NCBI GenBank assembly: GCA_010015805.1
Contig: ML978126.1
Coordinates: 744,001-808,000 of the forward strand
Length of the DNA: 64,000 nt
Source of the DNA: Rhizodiscina lignyota
Taxonomy: Eukaryota
Direction of reading: 5' to 3'
The notes under the pieces were generated by a model, which had not been told where the DNA came from, ran no database searches, and saw only the letters and a program-made list of their open reading frames with translations. Position numbers and translations under genes: made by a program. Below, piece after piece: positions 46,737 through 59,551 of the stretch. Position 1 is the stretch's first letter. The number at the start of each line of letters is the position of its first letter.

Positions 46737-49205
46737 TTACTCGCCTCCCTGTTTCCTGACTCGAACGCATCCATTTTCGCTCTTAACCACTACCACTTTG
46801 CCGGAACCCGAAGGATCACCCAGTGTAACCATGCACTTGTCTTTCTGCGTTGTCCTAAGGTGCTGACGAACATTCTCCTCAGTCTTTTCGCTTACATGTT
46901 TTAGGACCCCGCTCGTCTCTGGGCTTCCCATCATCTGTGCAATGACCTGCCAAGGGCTATTGAGAGACGAATATTCCGTGCGAACCGCAAACGCCACAAC
47001 GATCGCCACAGCGAGACAAGAGTGTACGACAACAATGGCTATGACAGCCCAGTAGCCTCTATGGCTTGTAGGAGCAATCTTCGTTTCGAAAAGCGACATG
47101 GATACAGGAGAGCTTGCGTCAGCAAGCGATATCCATTGATAGTATGCCGAGCGTAGTACTGTCGTGAATTGCGCTTGGAGCGCAAGAGCAGGTGAGCCAG
47201 TGTTCCGGATGATGTCGTTAAACATCATTGTCTGCACAATATCCGCCCGAGAAGGGTCCGGCGATATACAAACCGGACAGAAAACGGCAGCATATCTTTT
47301 AGTCCAGAGACCGAGGCCGAAGGCAGCATGGTACGTCTAAGGGATAGTAGAGTATCTGGTCCAGTCGTGGCTTTGGAGTTTGTCTCTTAACTGCGGATAT
47401 GACAATTGCATCAAACCGCGACTGTCGAGATCGGCGTCAGTCCCAGTCGCGCCCAGCTGGTGCTGGATAGACGACGAATTCATCCAGGTTTCTGATGCAT
47501 CCCAAAAACAGGTCGGCTCGGCTGCGACAGAAGTTTTGGAGGCAGTGATGTTGATATCTTGGACTGGGTTTAGGGGCCTGAGAAATTGATTGGTTACATC
47601 GTCTCGTATCTTGGAATCTACGGGTAATAGGCATTAGCACCCTAGTCAGTGACTATGGAACTTACGGCGCATCAAAGCATAAAGAAACGTTGAGTGAGCT
47701 CCACAAGTTGTAGCGCGGAGAAAGAAGATTTAGGCCTTGCCAGGGCCCAACTTTGTTAGTGATGTTGGCAATATTGGAGTTCGGTGGCGGTGGTGGGAGG
47801 GGCCCCCATGTGCAGACGCATTAAGAATGCCCGAATGGGTTTGGGTTGATGAGAATACCAAACTTGCTCCCCCGAGGCCTGCAACCCAAGTATTGTTACC
47901 GTCCCTCGCCATCCAGGAGCTGTTGGAAGCATTCCATTCGAAGCTTAACGATGTGTTGATAGAATGATCAAGAGATGGAATCAAGCCTCCTGCTGCTGAG
48001 GTATTGTTACCTACGCTATCACTGAGGAAACATAATACTGCGAAGACGTCACCCATCAATGCTCCTAACCCTGGTGGATCGATCAGACATTCGAAGGTGA
48101 CGGGCGTTGATGTCTGGACAAGCTCCGGCATCCCTGCTGCTGGTACAACTTGCCCAGAGAGATGCTCGCTCCCGCTCTTCATAGCGTAGGACAAATTGGA
48201 TAAAATTGGCTGGACGCAAACGACTCTTGCATCATAAGGATAGCCTGGGCCCGTATATTGCCGTATCGACCTCCGCTGAGATTGGTTGGGAAGCGGCAGG
48301 AACGCCCTTATAACAGGCCCAGTATCATCAATGGTACCAGCAGGCCTCTTAAGTGAAGCGTTGCTATATTCGGCGAAGGCAAGAAATTGGGACGGCGGAA
48401 ACGTCCAATAGTCGACATTAAAAGCGAGGGAAGGATTTCGACGACCATCTGTGGTAAAGCCATACGGCACGTCCACGGTACTCAAGGGTCGAATGATCTC
48501 TTTACTACCGAGATCGCTAATTAGCAAAGTTGAGCTGAACTGTGCTGCAAATGTCGTCAGGAACAATAATGCTGCAACACTGGGTAGGATCAGGTCTCCT
48601 TGTACACGCTCCTCGCGGAATAGAGTCCAACCAAGTTTGACAGATCCGACGTTTACGCATCTCGCTATCGAAAGCTCGGCTAAGTTCTCCAATCGGATAC
48701 CACGGGACTCCAGGATGACTACAGCCAGCATTGGTGTAATCACAGCGGCTGAAAAGGTAATAGACTGTCTCAGAGCAGTTGTAGTGAGAGTGGTTGCCTC
48801 CGCAGTCCAATCTCTTGTAACAATGTACAGCCATGCTCTGTTTTGCCGCGGGCTCCACCACAGGAAACTGAGAAATATGACGGTGATGAGGAGGACAACG
48901 GCTGAAAGTCCTAATATTACAGCAGCTTCGATCCCAATCCTCGCCCGAACTGTTTGTTGTTGTGCCGTAAAGTGTTGATGTGATTGCGCAGTCATACCTG
49001 CTCTTTCCGCGACGACAGCCCGACTGTCCTTTAGCCGTACGTCATGAAGGTCATTTGGTGAGGCGTTCCGCAATAATGATGTCTGGGAAGTTGTTTCTTC
49101 ACTAGCGTTGAATGGATCTAGGAATCGTTCTGGCTTAGAGCAATTGCTCAGGTTGGTGGTCTGGGACATCGGAATACCAGAGGAAGCGTGATGGCGGCGT
49201 GACAT
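46737..49205 (-). pseudogene. Fungal hypothetical membrane protein, apparently frameshifted
   Basis: N-terminal TM segments (AAQFSSTLLISDL, DDTGPVIRAFLP, DARVVCVQP) and a C-terminal TM block. Protein-like continuation (GPWQ...SLCFDA; EPTCFW...QLG) needs frame changes near 47800 and 47340-47390. Confidence 0.55.
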
Positions 49206-50280
49206 GGTACTTAGAGACGAACAAAAAGAGCTCGCCTGAAGATAGGCCTCGAGGTTGATGAAGATGAAAGGATCAGAACATCAATAAAGGAGCTTCAGGG
49301 ACAAGGCTGCCGGGCAAGGCTGCCGGGCAAGGCTGTGACCCGCGAGGAAAGGCTGTGGCCTGTGAGGCAAGGGAGTCGGACGGATTCAAATGAGAGATAG
49401 AAATCCTGATACAAAGCAGAGGCAATGAATTGCAGTTCGCAAAGCTTAAAAGAGTTGTGAAGATTCATACTTTGTCAACTTTTGAGCCGTCCATTGTATT
49501 GCGATGGTGTAACAGTTCATACAATTGGTTGCCGCTTCATCATGATATGTATTTCTACCGTTTCAGGTCAGTTGTAATTTGGCCAGTGGAATCTGAGAGT
49601 TACTTATCGTGATGAAGCCGAACAGGCAAAGGCGAAAAGGAAAATACGAGGCAATTCGCGCGCCCCGAACCAATCGCTCTGCAAGCACACCCGTACCTGC
49701 AGCCGTTCGTACTGCCTAGAAGACCTGAAAATTAGGGAGCGAGGCTGGAACATCTTAGCTGAGCCCTGGTACCCTGAAAGTTTCTCGTTTTGTTTCATGG
49801 CGTCCATCGAGCCGCGCTGTACGACCTGGGGGACAGTACGTGAATGGTGACCTGTAGATTGGTATGAACTAGAAAATGTTCGTAATGGTGCATGACTGCG
49901 GGCGCCGATCAAACTCTCGGGATTCTAAGCAGGGCATCAAGGAGTTCGTCCACACTTGCAGTTGTCGGTATCTCGAACTCGTCGTTATCTCCGTCGGCGA
50001 CTACGAGAAGGTTACGATAGTCTCTAATTAACACATACGTTTAGAGGCAGATATATATAGAAACATCTTCTTTGTTCAGCGGCAGGCATTCATGAAAAGT
50101 TCATCGCAAAGGTGTGAAGTAAGGCTGAACATCACCGCTGGTCGTCTATCCAAAAGGGAAATTTTATATTCCCCACTCCGCACCCCTGGCGCTCGAAATC
50201 TTGGCAACGACCTCCACCCATAATTTTCATCTTCACCTTATCCATTTCCCCACCCATTTCCTCCGCCCTACCCACACACA

Positions 50281-51807
50281 ATGTTCGAAGTAAAAGGCTG
50301 GAAAGTCTCCGCACCCCTCAAGACCGACACCAGCGCCCCCAAATCCAGAGACGTCTCAAGTGCCGCCAACGATGGCTCGTCCGCACCCAAGTCGAAGAAG
50401 CGCAAGCGCGGGACTGGACGAAGCAATGGCCCTGATATCACTGCGGACAATTTAGGGGATATGTATTCGAGGCACATTGATGCGGGAGACAAGGGAGGAG
50501 AGAAAGAGCTGGGAGAAGCGGCTGGGAGAGCGGAGAAGAAGAGGAAGACGAAGTCCAAGGACATGGATGTGAATGTGAATGATGGGAAGCGCAAGGGAGA
50601 CTCTGGTCAATCAGTTAAAGATTCGAAGAAGAGTAATGGCCTCTCAGGCGCAAACGCACAAAAGCTGGGCGCCAGAAAACCCATTAATGCTCAAGAGCAG
50701 CAAGAAACGAGCTCTACTCGCAAGCAGGCTTCGCATCCATCTCAACAATCGCCCAAAACAGCTCCACACACAGCCAATGCACCCAAAACCGTTCCACCAC
50801 CAAACAAACTAACCCCCCTCCAATCCCGCATGGCCGCCAAACTCACCTCCGCCCGCTTCCGCACCCTCAACGAGCGCCTCTACACCTCCCCCTCCACCGC
50901 CGCGCAGCAGCTCTTCGCCGACAGCCCGGACATGTTCGACACGTACCACGCCGGCTTCGCGCAGCAGGTCGTCGCGTGGCCGGAGAACCCGGTGGACACT
51001 TACATTGCTGACATCCTGGCCTTGGGCCAGACGAAAGGCCGTGGAGACGGGCAGGGCAGCGTGCTGCCGAGGAATCGAAAGGGCGAATGCATAATCGCGG
51101 ACTTGGGATGCGGGACCGCGCAGCTTGCCGCGGCTTTGCAGAGCAGGGCGAAGAAGTTGAAGCTGAAGGTGCACTCGTTCGACCTGCATGCTCCCAACTC
51201 GCTGGTTACGAAAGCGGACATTGCGGACCTGCCGCTGGCGAATGGAAGTGTGGATGTCGCGGTGTCGTGCCTCGCGCTCATGGGCACCAATTGGATCGAC
51301 TTTGTCGAGGAGGCGTGGCGCGTGCTGAGATGGGGCGGGGAGTTCTGGGTTAGTGAGATCAAGAGCCGTTTTGCGAGGGCTGGTGGGGAGAAGAGAAATA
51401 AGGATGCTGGAAACGCGAATGGGGGGATGAGTAAGAGGAAGGCGAAGCAGGCGCAAGTGGGGAGTAAGAAGCGCGATGCAGAGAAGGAGGAGAAGGAGAA
51501 CGATGACGTGCTCGCGGTTGAGGTTGACGGGGTGGATGCGGGTGGGAAGGGAGATACGGACGTGAGTGCGTTCGTGAAGGTCTTAGAGCGAAGGGGCTTC
51601 GTTTTGCAGGGCGAGCCGGACATGCATAACAAAATGTTCGTGAAGATGAGGTTTCTGAAGCACGGCGCACCAGCGGCGGGGAAGAACACTGAGCAAGCAC
51701 GCTCAGAAGGCAAGGGCAAAAAGTTCGTCGATAAGGAAGACGCACAGACGATCACAGTGGAAGAAGAGGCCAAGGTCCTAAAGCCTTGTGTCTACAAGCT
51801 GAGGTGA
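50281..51807 (+). CDS. RRP8: 25S rRNA adenine-N1 methyltransferase / ribosomal RNA-processing protein 8
   Basis: KLTSARFRTLNERLYT, YHAGFAQQVVAWPENPVD, IADLGCG, CLALMGTNW and the terminal LKPCVYKLR. Confidence 0.96.
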   Translation: MFEVKGWKVSAPLKTDTSAPKSRDVSSAANDGSSAPKSKKRKRGTGRSNGPDITADNLGDMYSRHIDAGDKGGEKELGEAAGRAEKKRKTKSKDMDVNVNDGKRKGDSGQSVKDSKKSNGLSGANAQKLGARKPINAQEQQETSSTRKQASHPSQQSPKTAPHTANAPKTVPPPNKLTPLQSRMAAKLTSARFRTLNERLYTSPSTAAQQLFADSPDMFDTYHAGFAQQVVAWPENPVDTYIADILALGQTKGRGDGQGSVLPRNRKGECIIADLGCGTAQLAAALQSRAKKLKLKVHSFDLHAPNSLVTKADIADLPLANGSVDVAVSCLALMGTNWIDFVEEAWRVLRWGGEFWVSEIKSRFARAGGEKRNKDAGNANGGMSKRKAKQAQVGSKKRDAEKEEKENDDVLAVEVDGVDAGGKGDTDVSAFVKVLERRGFVLQGEPDMHNKMFVKMRFLKHGAPAAGKNTEQARSEGKGKKFVDKEDAQTITVEEEAKVLKPCVYKLR

Positions 51808-52252
51808 AATTTGTATTTGAGTCGTTTTAGTAGAGAAGTGTCTATCAGAGCTCGAAAGGCTCATTGAATCGCCAGACTGCTTGAGTTTCTGGCAAAGGTC
51901 ATCACGGATCTAGCATGCTCCTCCCGCCTAAGATACCGTCCTCATGAGATGAGAACGTATGCAGCAAACGCCGTGAAAGACGAGAGCCCGTGACAGACGA
52001 GAAGAGCGCCATCCGTGAAATGCAAGATGCTATGGTTACATGTGCTGAACCATGAGTGGTGAAAAAGAAAGCGACAGACGTATGTGAACCGCCCAGAAAC
52101 AGGATCCAAAAGTCTCAACCTTCCTCCCTTCAAATGAGCATCTTCGGAGGTTGTTACCTAATCCCGTGAACAGTTAGTCGTCGTGTCGCTTAAAGTCGTA
52201 GTCGTTGGGGTATCCAGTTCGGTCAGAACGCTGGCTAATCGAGACGGTTGCT

Positions 52253-53918
52253 TCAGTTGAAGAGGAAACCGGCCGCCAACTCGACGTTGCCGCCCGTGGC
52301 ATCCAACGCGCGAATTGCCATCTCACGATCGAAACCCAAGGTGACGAGCTGGTTGATAGCAGCTTCGGGCCATCCCTGCTGCACTGGCTGCTGCGCCGGC
52401 TGTTGTGCCGGCTGGGGCGCTTGCGGCTCGCGTATGATGTGAATGTTTCCATCTCGGTCCATAAGCTGTTGTACGCCTGGCTGCTGCGGTCCCACCTGCA
52501 CCGGACGCGGCGGGTACAGCGTGTGCACGTTTCCGTCTCGGTCCATAATCTCCATGCCATCCACCGTCGGGTCTGCTCCTTGACTGATGATCTTCGCCGT
52601 GCCATGACTCGAACTCGAACTCTCTCCAGCCGAAGCACTCGTTCCCGCCGGCTTCACGGCTCCAGTCTTCGCACCGATCTCGGTGCCGCTTGGACCAGGA
52701 ATTACGGGCTCATCCTGAAGTGCCTCGTCGCTCTCTTTGGGGATGTCCTTCTCGGGCAAGAACTCGACCTCGTTTCCCTCTCCCAGCCTAAGAACACCAC
52801 GCTTGAGGTCGATACACGCCTGGTAGCGCTTGAGCATGTCCAGACCAAGCAAGAGATCCACGTCCTTGCCTTCCATCACCGTGAATGCACATGGCATCAC
52901 CGCATCACCGATCTTGATCTCCGCAGAGTGCACACGACCCAAGATGCGGGCCGTTCCGACACCCTTGGCGATACCGGCGAAGCGCGTGTCGATAAGACGC
53001 ATGATGCCGGCACGAGTTGCAGCAGAAGGGGACATGATAGTCGCTTGAGCACCAGAGTCGACGAAAGCCTTGATGGGATATCCATTCACCTCGACGTTGA
53101 TGTACAGCATAGTGACCCTAGCGAAGACTTTACGTAAAAGTTAATACTATCAGTAAAAAGGGGAGGTGAATACAGGGTCAACATGCCTTCAGGATTGTGC
53201 TCGTACGCGTGCTGCAGGTTCTCGATCACACGCTCTTGGCGGATCATCTCCTCGATCTTGCGCTGGGCCTCCTCGTTGAATGGATCATCGTTCAGCAGCG
53301 CGATCTGGCGCTGCCTCTCCTGCTCGCGCACCTCGTCCTCATGATAGAGCGCCATCCAAGCCTCACGGAAACGCACTGGATCGTTCAAGTTCTGGGCCAG
53401 AGCCGGGCTTGACTCGGTGATGGACTGCAAGCTCCTCTGATCGCCCAGAATGTGCAGCCTTGTAGTCTCGATCTCGTCGTTGCTCGGCGCGCCTCGCCTC
53501 CTTCCCGTACCTCCACGTTGAGCTGCGAGGCCTGGTCGCTGCTGCGAGTTCGGTCCGGATGTGCTTGAAGAGGCGCCAGCACGGTTCACGAGCATAGCAA
53601 GCATCTCACCATCCTTGATGCCAGCTTCTTCGATGGTCTGGGAATCGTTCACGATCTTCTGACCGTTGAGGAAGAAGTGTTGAGTGTTCGGGGGGAATCT
53701 GGTCTCAGCTTCCACGAAGGCCTTCAGATCAGCGACGGTGAGACCGGGAGGAAGGTCGAGGGTGATGATGTCCTGGTCGTTGGCGTCATCGGGGGCATTT
53801 ATGTTGATGGTGATGCGAGGCCTGCATGACACGAGAGTCAGTCAGTGCAACGGATTCTAAACGTAAATGTGCAAGTGCATTCCAGCTCGCGCGGCGTGTT
53901 GATAGAGGAAGCTCACAT
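52253..53918 (-). CDS. DDI1: DNA damage-inducible protein 1 (UBL-HDD-RVP-UBA), 3 exons
   Basis: UBL N-terminus, [13 protein letters not shown], retroviral-type protease [29 protein letters not shown] and C-terminal UBA ([27 protein letters not shown]). The start ATG is split by the first intron. Confidence 0.96.
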
Positions 53919-54960
53919 GTTGAGTGGATGATGCGTGCTCGCCGCACTTTATGCAGGTATTTCTGAATCGGTCGAAGAGAATGTGATACCGGCGGTGGTT
54001 GTATCGGAACGTCACCGCGTTGCAGGTGAGACTCCTCGGGCGGGCGATAGTTGTAAGAAGTTAAGTGTGTCCGGCGGCCGCGGAAAATGAATGAGTGGCT
54101 GTGCGTTGGCGAGTGGTGTTGTGTTGTTGCGCGTCGCGGTGCCGCCTGGCAGTGAATGAGAAGCTGCTAGAAGCGGGTGTGCTCAACGGCGATGACGAAT
54201 GATGGCGAGCGGATTGCAGGGAAGACTCGCTCGGCGCGTTAATAAGCATGTGCGTGGTAAGGCAGCCTCCTCCTTCACAAGCGCGGCGAGGGGATGGGCG
54301 AGCGGTGGTCAGAGGCGAAGCTGTCGTGCTTCTCGCGATGCAGAGCTATGGGCGTTGTGTTTGTGGGTTGACGATGCAGCCAGCTCAACGAGCCTAGCGA
54401 GAGCCTCACCCCTCAATTTGGCGGGGCTCCCCAGCCTGGCGTGGCGTGAGCGGTGAGCGCGCACCGAGAGCGGGTGCCTAGCATGGGTGCCTCTGTACCC
54501 GGCAGCTCGACGCGGCACGCCGAACTGCCCTCACTCGCCCGGGTGCCACGCGGCTCGGCTCAGCTTGCTTGCGCGCCGAATGCAGCGAGTTTCAAGCACG
54601 CGTTGCACGACGTCAAGCTGCCATCGCTCGGGACAATGGCCAGGCGAGTGCCTCTTATAATATGCTCCAGCCTGCTAGCCTCGGACGCTTTCTCACGCTC
54701 ACTCCATTGCGTCACACGTCTGCACGGCATCGCCGCAACCAGGATTGCTCCACTTTGTTCCTGAAAATCCGAGCCACTCTGCAAATCCTCCGCACTTTTT
54801 CTCGTGCTGCAATAATTCTCCCTGCCGTGACCACTCCTTCCATCGTCTGCAATCGACTCGCGCGTCGCCATACGTTGCTGCCCTGCCCTGCTTCTGCACC
54901 ACGCGCAAGGATCGCGCCTCCCACAGCACCTCGCTCTTCCCCTCCGACTGATGTGTGAGC

Positions 54961-56267
54961 ATGCCTCGCGACCTCATCCTCGAGTCGGAGCACGAAACAA
55001 TCGACAACCTGGCCCCGTTGTCGCGAAAGGCGCATATGAGCCCCAGCAACAGTGATCAGGCCGACACCGAGCTCCCGGTGTCACTCAACATCCCACTACA
55101 GCATTCCCCCGCCCAAATCGAGATGGGCGATCCTGAGAGCCCGCAGGACCGGTTGAGGCAAGACATGCTCAGCGAGGACCGCCGCAATGAGCTGCATCCG
55201 TTCGTGCAGACTCTCAGCGTGAGCCATGTCGAGCAATGTGTCGTCGTCGAGGACCAGGCCTTCCCGGCGAATGAGAGGTGCTCGAAGGAGAAGGTGAGAG
55301 CAATCCTGCCACGCTCAGTCATAACCTACTGTTGTGACTCTGCTAAAGGGTCACCAGGGCCCGATTCCGAGCAGCAGTCCATCTCTAGCGTTTCAAACTG
55401 CTTTTTGCAAGGTTCTCTTATGACCACGTCATTCTTTTCCACGGCCTTGCTCTTCCTCTCTCATATTCCTGTGCAATGGCTCGCGTTAAATTGCTGTATT
55501 CATCTTCACATTGCACATGCTACAGTCTAGCTTTGAACGGATACCTGATCGGCACACAGTTTCAATACCGTCTAACAGTATGCGGCGAGCTCTCCCTTGG
55601 CGTCTTCACCTGCGCAACAACCCAGCCGCTTACTTCATCCGTTGAGGGTGAAGGCCCCACTACAAATCCTCTCCTCGAAAATACGCCTACCGCTAGTGTT
55701 GTAAAGGAAACCCGTTCCTCTGGTCCACCGCGAAAGGAGCTCCTAATCGGCCACATTGTGTCAACAATGAGCGCCAACCTCACTATCAAAGACTCGGACA
55801 TGGAGATACCAGAGTCGTGGTGCACGAGCCCGAGCAATCCAAACAGCTTCCTCATGCTGTCCTCTTCGGATCCGAACTCGTCGTCCAACACACAATCCTC
55901 TCAGTCCAACCCGCCAGCATCCCAATCGTCCGATTCCGGCATCATGAAGGGGCACAACCAAGACGGCCGAACGGTCTGCATTCACTCGCTCGCCATCCTC
56001 CCTCAGCATCAAGGCCGTGGTCTCGGAAAGGTGCTCATGAAGAGTTTCATGGGCCGCATCGAGAGCTCTGGTATCGCAGACCGCATTGCGTTGCTCGCGC
56101 ACGACGCCTTAGTGCCGTTCTACGAGAGCCTGGGATTCACAAACCTCGGCACCAGCGAGGCGACGTTTGGAGACGGTGGCTGGGTGGACATGGTGTACCG
56201 GTTCCCAAAACCTGTGGAACCACCTATCGTCAGCTTCGTGAATAGGCCTCCACCACGGGCAGCATGA
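54961..56267 (+). CDS. GNAT family N-acetyltransferase (Paa1/arylalkylamine acetyltransferase-like), 2 exons
   Basis: AFPANERCSKEK|FQYRLTVCGELSLG, VCIHSLAILPQHQGRGLGKVLMKS and LVPFYESLGF. Confidence 0.9.
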
Positions 56268-56651
56268 TGTGGAACCTGGTGCGGAAATCGATCACGTGAT
56301 ATGGCTACGATTTGGAGTCAGGTCGACACAGGGGAAAGAAACATAAGACGTTTCTCTCGTATGCGTTCTGCTGGTATGGAGCATGGTTCAGCTTCGCGCT
56401 GACGGTGGCATGGGCCGGTAGCTTTTGCAGGTCCCGTTGGGAAATTGGTGGCATTGGAACCGGTATGCATAGCGCATGTGCCACTATTGATGTGTAACAT
56501 ACTCATGGACGCAATTCTATTTTCCACGACAAGAGCACAGAAATATGTCAAGCACTCTTATCTGTTGTGATGGCTTGAGACTTATTTGCGTAGTCTCTGA
56601 CACTTTTTGATTCCCATAAAACGCCGCATCAACATACCTTTTCAGCCCCTC

Positions 56652-58992
56652 TTAATCCGGTGCCTTCTTATCCGCCCAACTAGCCTCAATCCCCCTACAA
56701 ACAGCCACATAATCCTTCCACCTCTCCTCCCTCCACTCCTTCGCCCTTACCACACCTCCCCCTCCAGCTTCACCACTCCGCCTCTCCGCGCCCCACAGCT
56801 CCTCCCCCGTCCAAAACATCGTCCACCCACTCTCCGGAATCTTCCACGTCCCATCCGCCCGCTCAAAATACCACTTATTCACCGGGTTCTCCTTCCTGCT
56901 GCGCCACACCACGCCGCTTGGCAGACAGTCCCTCACCATTGCGTTGAAGACTATATCCGCGACACCGCCGGCGCCTTGGCTGCGCTTTAGGACGGCGAAT
57001 TTGTCGAGGTAGGGGATTGGTGGTCTTGAACCGCTGCTTCTCCCTGCTGCTGAGGATGGGTTGGAGTGGGAGCGTGGTGGAGACTCCCATGTGAGGATCG
57101 CGCCGCCCTCGTATTCCCCTGCGATGATGACGCCTGCGAGGTGGTTCTGTATGCGCGAGAGGTAGTGCTGCACGTCGAGCTTCCGCCCGAACGAATCTTC
57201 GATCAGGTGGAGCAGGCGCGGGAAGTCAATGCGCGGGTCGCTCAGGCTGAGGGATGTCCCGTTCGGGCCCGGGGGGTGCCAGGGGTGCGTGCGCGGGTCG
57301 GGGATGATGGTTACGGGCATGCCGCGCTTTACGAAAGTTGCGTGGGGGGAGGGCGCAGAAGTGACGCTCGAAGTCGATGCTGAGAATGTGGATGTGGATG
57401 AGGATGCGAGACGTCCGGAGGGGAGGGACGAGGAGATGATGGGCTTGTCGGTTAGGAGGTTGTGGATTAGGGGGTTACGCTGCTGTCTGGTGCGCACGCC
57501 GGCGGCGGAGGTGTGGCTGAGTGCGGCAGTTGCAACGTCCTGGGGCCGGATTATTAGGGCGGATGAGGATGGGGGGAGCAGAGCGAGTGATTTCTGTAGT
57601 AGCTCTAGATTTTGTACATGCTGCTGGGCAACCTCTGAAGTCAAGGCCCCGGCCGGTTTGGAGAGCTCTGCTTTCGGTCGTTGTAGAACATTAGACGCAA
57701 CTGTTTCGTCTTCCGCGAATGCCGAAAATGGGTTGCTTGCTCCGAGGATAGAATGCTTGCTTGGGGTTGGTTCGGGATTCTGTTCGAAAACTTCGCTCTC
57801 ATCAGAGGCACGAAGCAGCTCCTCCCGAATGGTTCGATATTCTTGCTCCATGTTGATAAAAATGTGTGACTGTTCATGTCTGTCCGATGCCGGTATACCG
57901 CCTAATGGGTCAAGAAGAATCACACGGTCCAGTGTCACATTATCCCCTGTGGCTCCCTGGACCTGTGGTGCGCTGCCATCGATTCCTCGAAAATCTTTCT
58001 CCTGTAGGGTACTGACATTCAGTCCTGCGAATTGCCGGGTCAGAGCCAGCATTACATCATTTGAAGAAACTCTCTCTGCCTGTTGATGTTCGTTGTACGC
58101 TACCGGGGTTATGATCGGTATGACGCCGTTCCGTAGCGCTGAGAGCAGTAATTGATAGTAGCTGATCTGGACACCGCCACGTAATTGGACATTGGACGGA
58201 ATGGCTCCAGCCTGGTCCGAGACTCCAAGGATCTGGTCGAGCAGCTGTGCTCGTGTCTTGCCGACTCTCTGAATGGCTACGGCCAAGCGGTGCGATTGCT
58301 CTGTTATTAGATCTCTCCATCTTTGAAAATCCTCCGGTGTCGAAACTTTCAAACCCCCGCACCCGACCACAACTGTGCTCATCATGCCAAGACGAGCCAG
58401 TTGTGCAATGGTGAGCGCCACGCCATCCAGGGTGACATCAGACAAAGTCTGCGGATCTCGCAGCTTGACAATCGCAACGTGCAAATCGAGCGGGGCGTGG
58501 ACACTACGCTGGATATTCTTTTGCTGGGTAAAGACGGGACTCTGCTCAATCGCCTTGGCCGGGCTGTACAAATTGCCAAGATTGATACCTCTTGCGTATG
58601 GCACCGGGCGCGCGTTTACGCTCGGAGAGTCTTGATTCTTCCCGTGTGCTTTATCTTTGGGCGCCTTCGGCGGAAAGAAGCGTGACAAGTAGCCTTTTGC
58701 ATCACGCTTTGTAGCACTTGCGCTTAGTACAGAGAGGAAGAAGTTCTTATCAAAGACCCGACTCCTCTTTGCCGGATGCTGATCCGGAGACGGATCTTTC
58801 GCATCATCCTGCGGCCTTTGCGACCCTGAATACCAAGCTCTTGCTACCTGGTGACGATTTGAGTAGACGTTGAATTTCTGGATTCTCTCGTTAGTTCCAT
58901 TTCAGTCATAGATTAGTGGCGGTGAAGCAGACATTTGCTGGAAACGCCCTCGAGGGTCCAATTGAAGCCTGCTTCAACCTCCCAGGCTTCAT
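56652..58992 (-). CDS. ARG2: Mitochondrial amino-acid N-acetyltransferase (N-acetylglutamate synthase)
   Basis: FFLSVLSASATKRDAKGYLSRF, NPLIHNLLTDKP, IPYLDKFAVLKRSQGAGGVADIVF and VVWRSRKENPVNKWYFER. First exon inferred. Confidence 0.94.
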
Positions 58993-59551
58993 CTCGATGG
59001 TTACGGAGCAATTGACCCATTCTCACAGAGATTCAAAACATGATGATATCTGAGTCACGAGCGAGGGAGAAGAAAGGTGCTGTGGCGTCATACGCAAGGG
59101 TCGAAAATTTCGTCTGTGCCCTTATCGAGGCGGCGTCGGTTCCTGCACCAGCCTCTCTCAGCCACATAAAACCCTAACTCTACACTTGGCCTTGCCAATT
59201 CTTCGTCTTAACATAGCTTTGTATCGCTCATAAAAACTACACCAGTTTAGCTTCAGTCAAACTCCTAAAGTTGAATCAGCTCGATGTACACCATCCAATT
59301 GAAGTGATACGCAAGGTAGCGGATCCTTTGTAGCCGCAAGCTAGTCGATACGGGTGTTCTTCTCCCATCATGGAATTCCGCTGAAGCCGGCCACAACGCT
59401 TTATGGATATAAGATACAAGAGTCATACATTGACCGAAGCTACCTGAGCCTCCACGCACATCGAAAGAGCTTGGTTGGAGGGTAGCCAGTCGTGTCGCTT
59501 TCATTCATACATCATAGCTATTGCACTATCGAGCACAAGCGAACGAACAGG

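Noticed and set aside
49302..49370. Short caaggctgccggg / aaggctgtg repeats
   Set aside because: Only 2-4 short degenerate units, consistent with ordinary slippage and with no supportable function.
2424..50280. Starship giant transposon carrying the accessory region
   Set aside because: No tyrosine-recombinase captain (DUF3435) ORF or recognisable boundary repeats were seen in the window.
50809..58086. Long antisense ORFs overlapping RRP8, DDI1 and ARG2 (e.g. 51000-51773, 52205-53137, 57229-58086)
   Set aside because: Shadow frames of GC-rich genuine genes, with low-complexity translations and no motifs.
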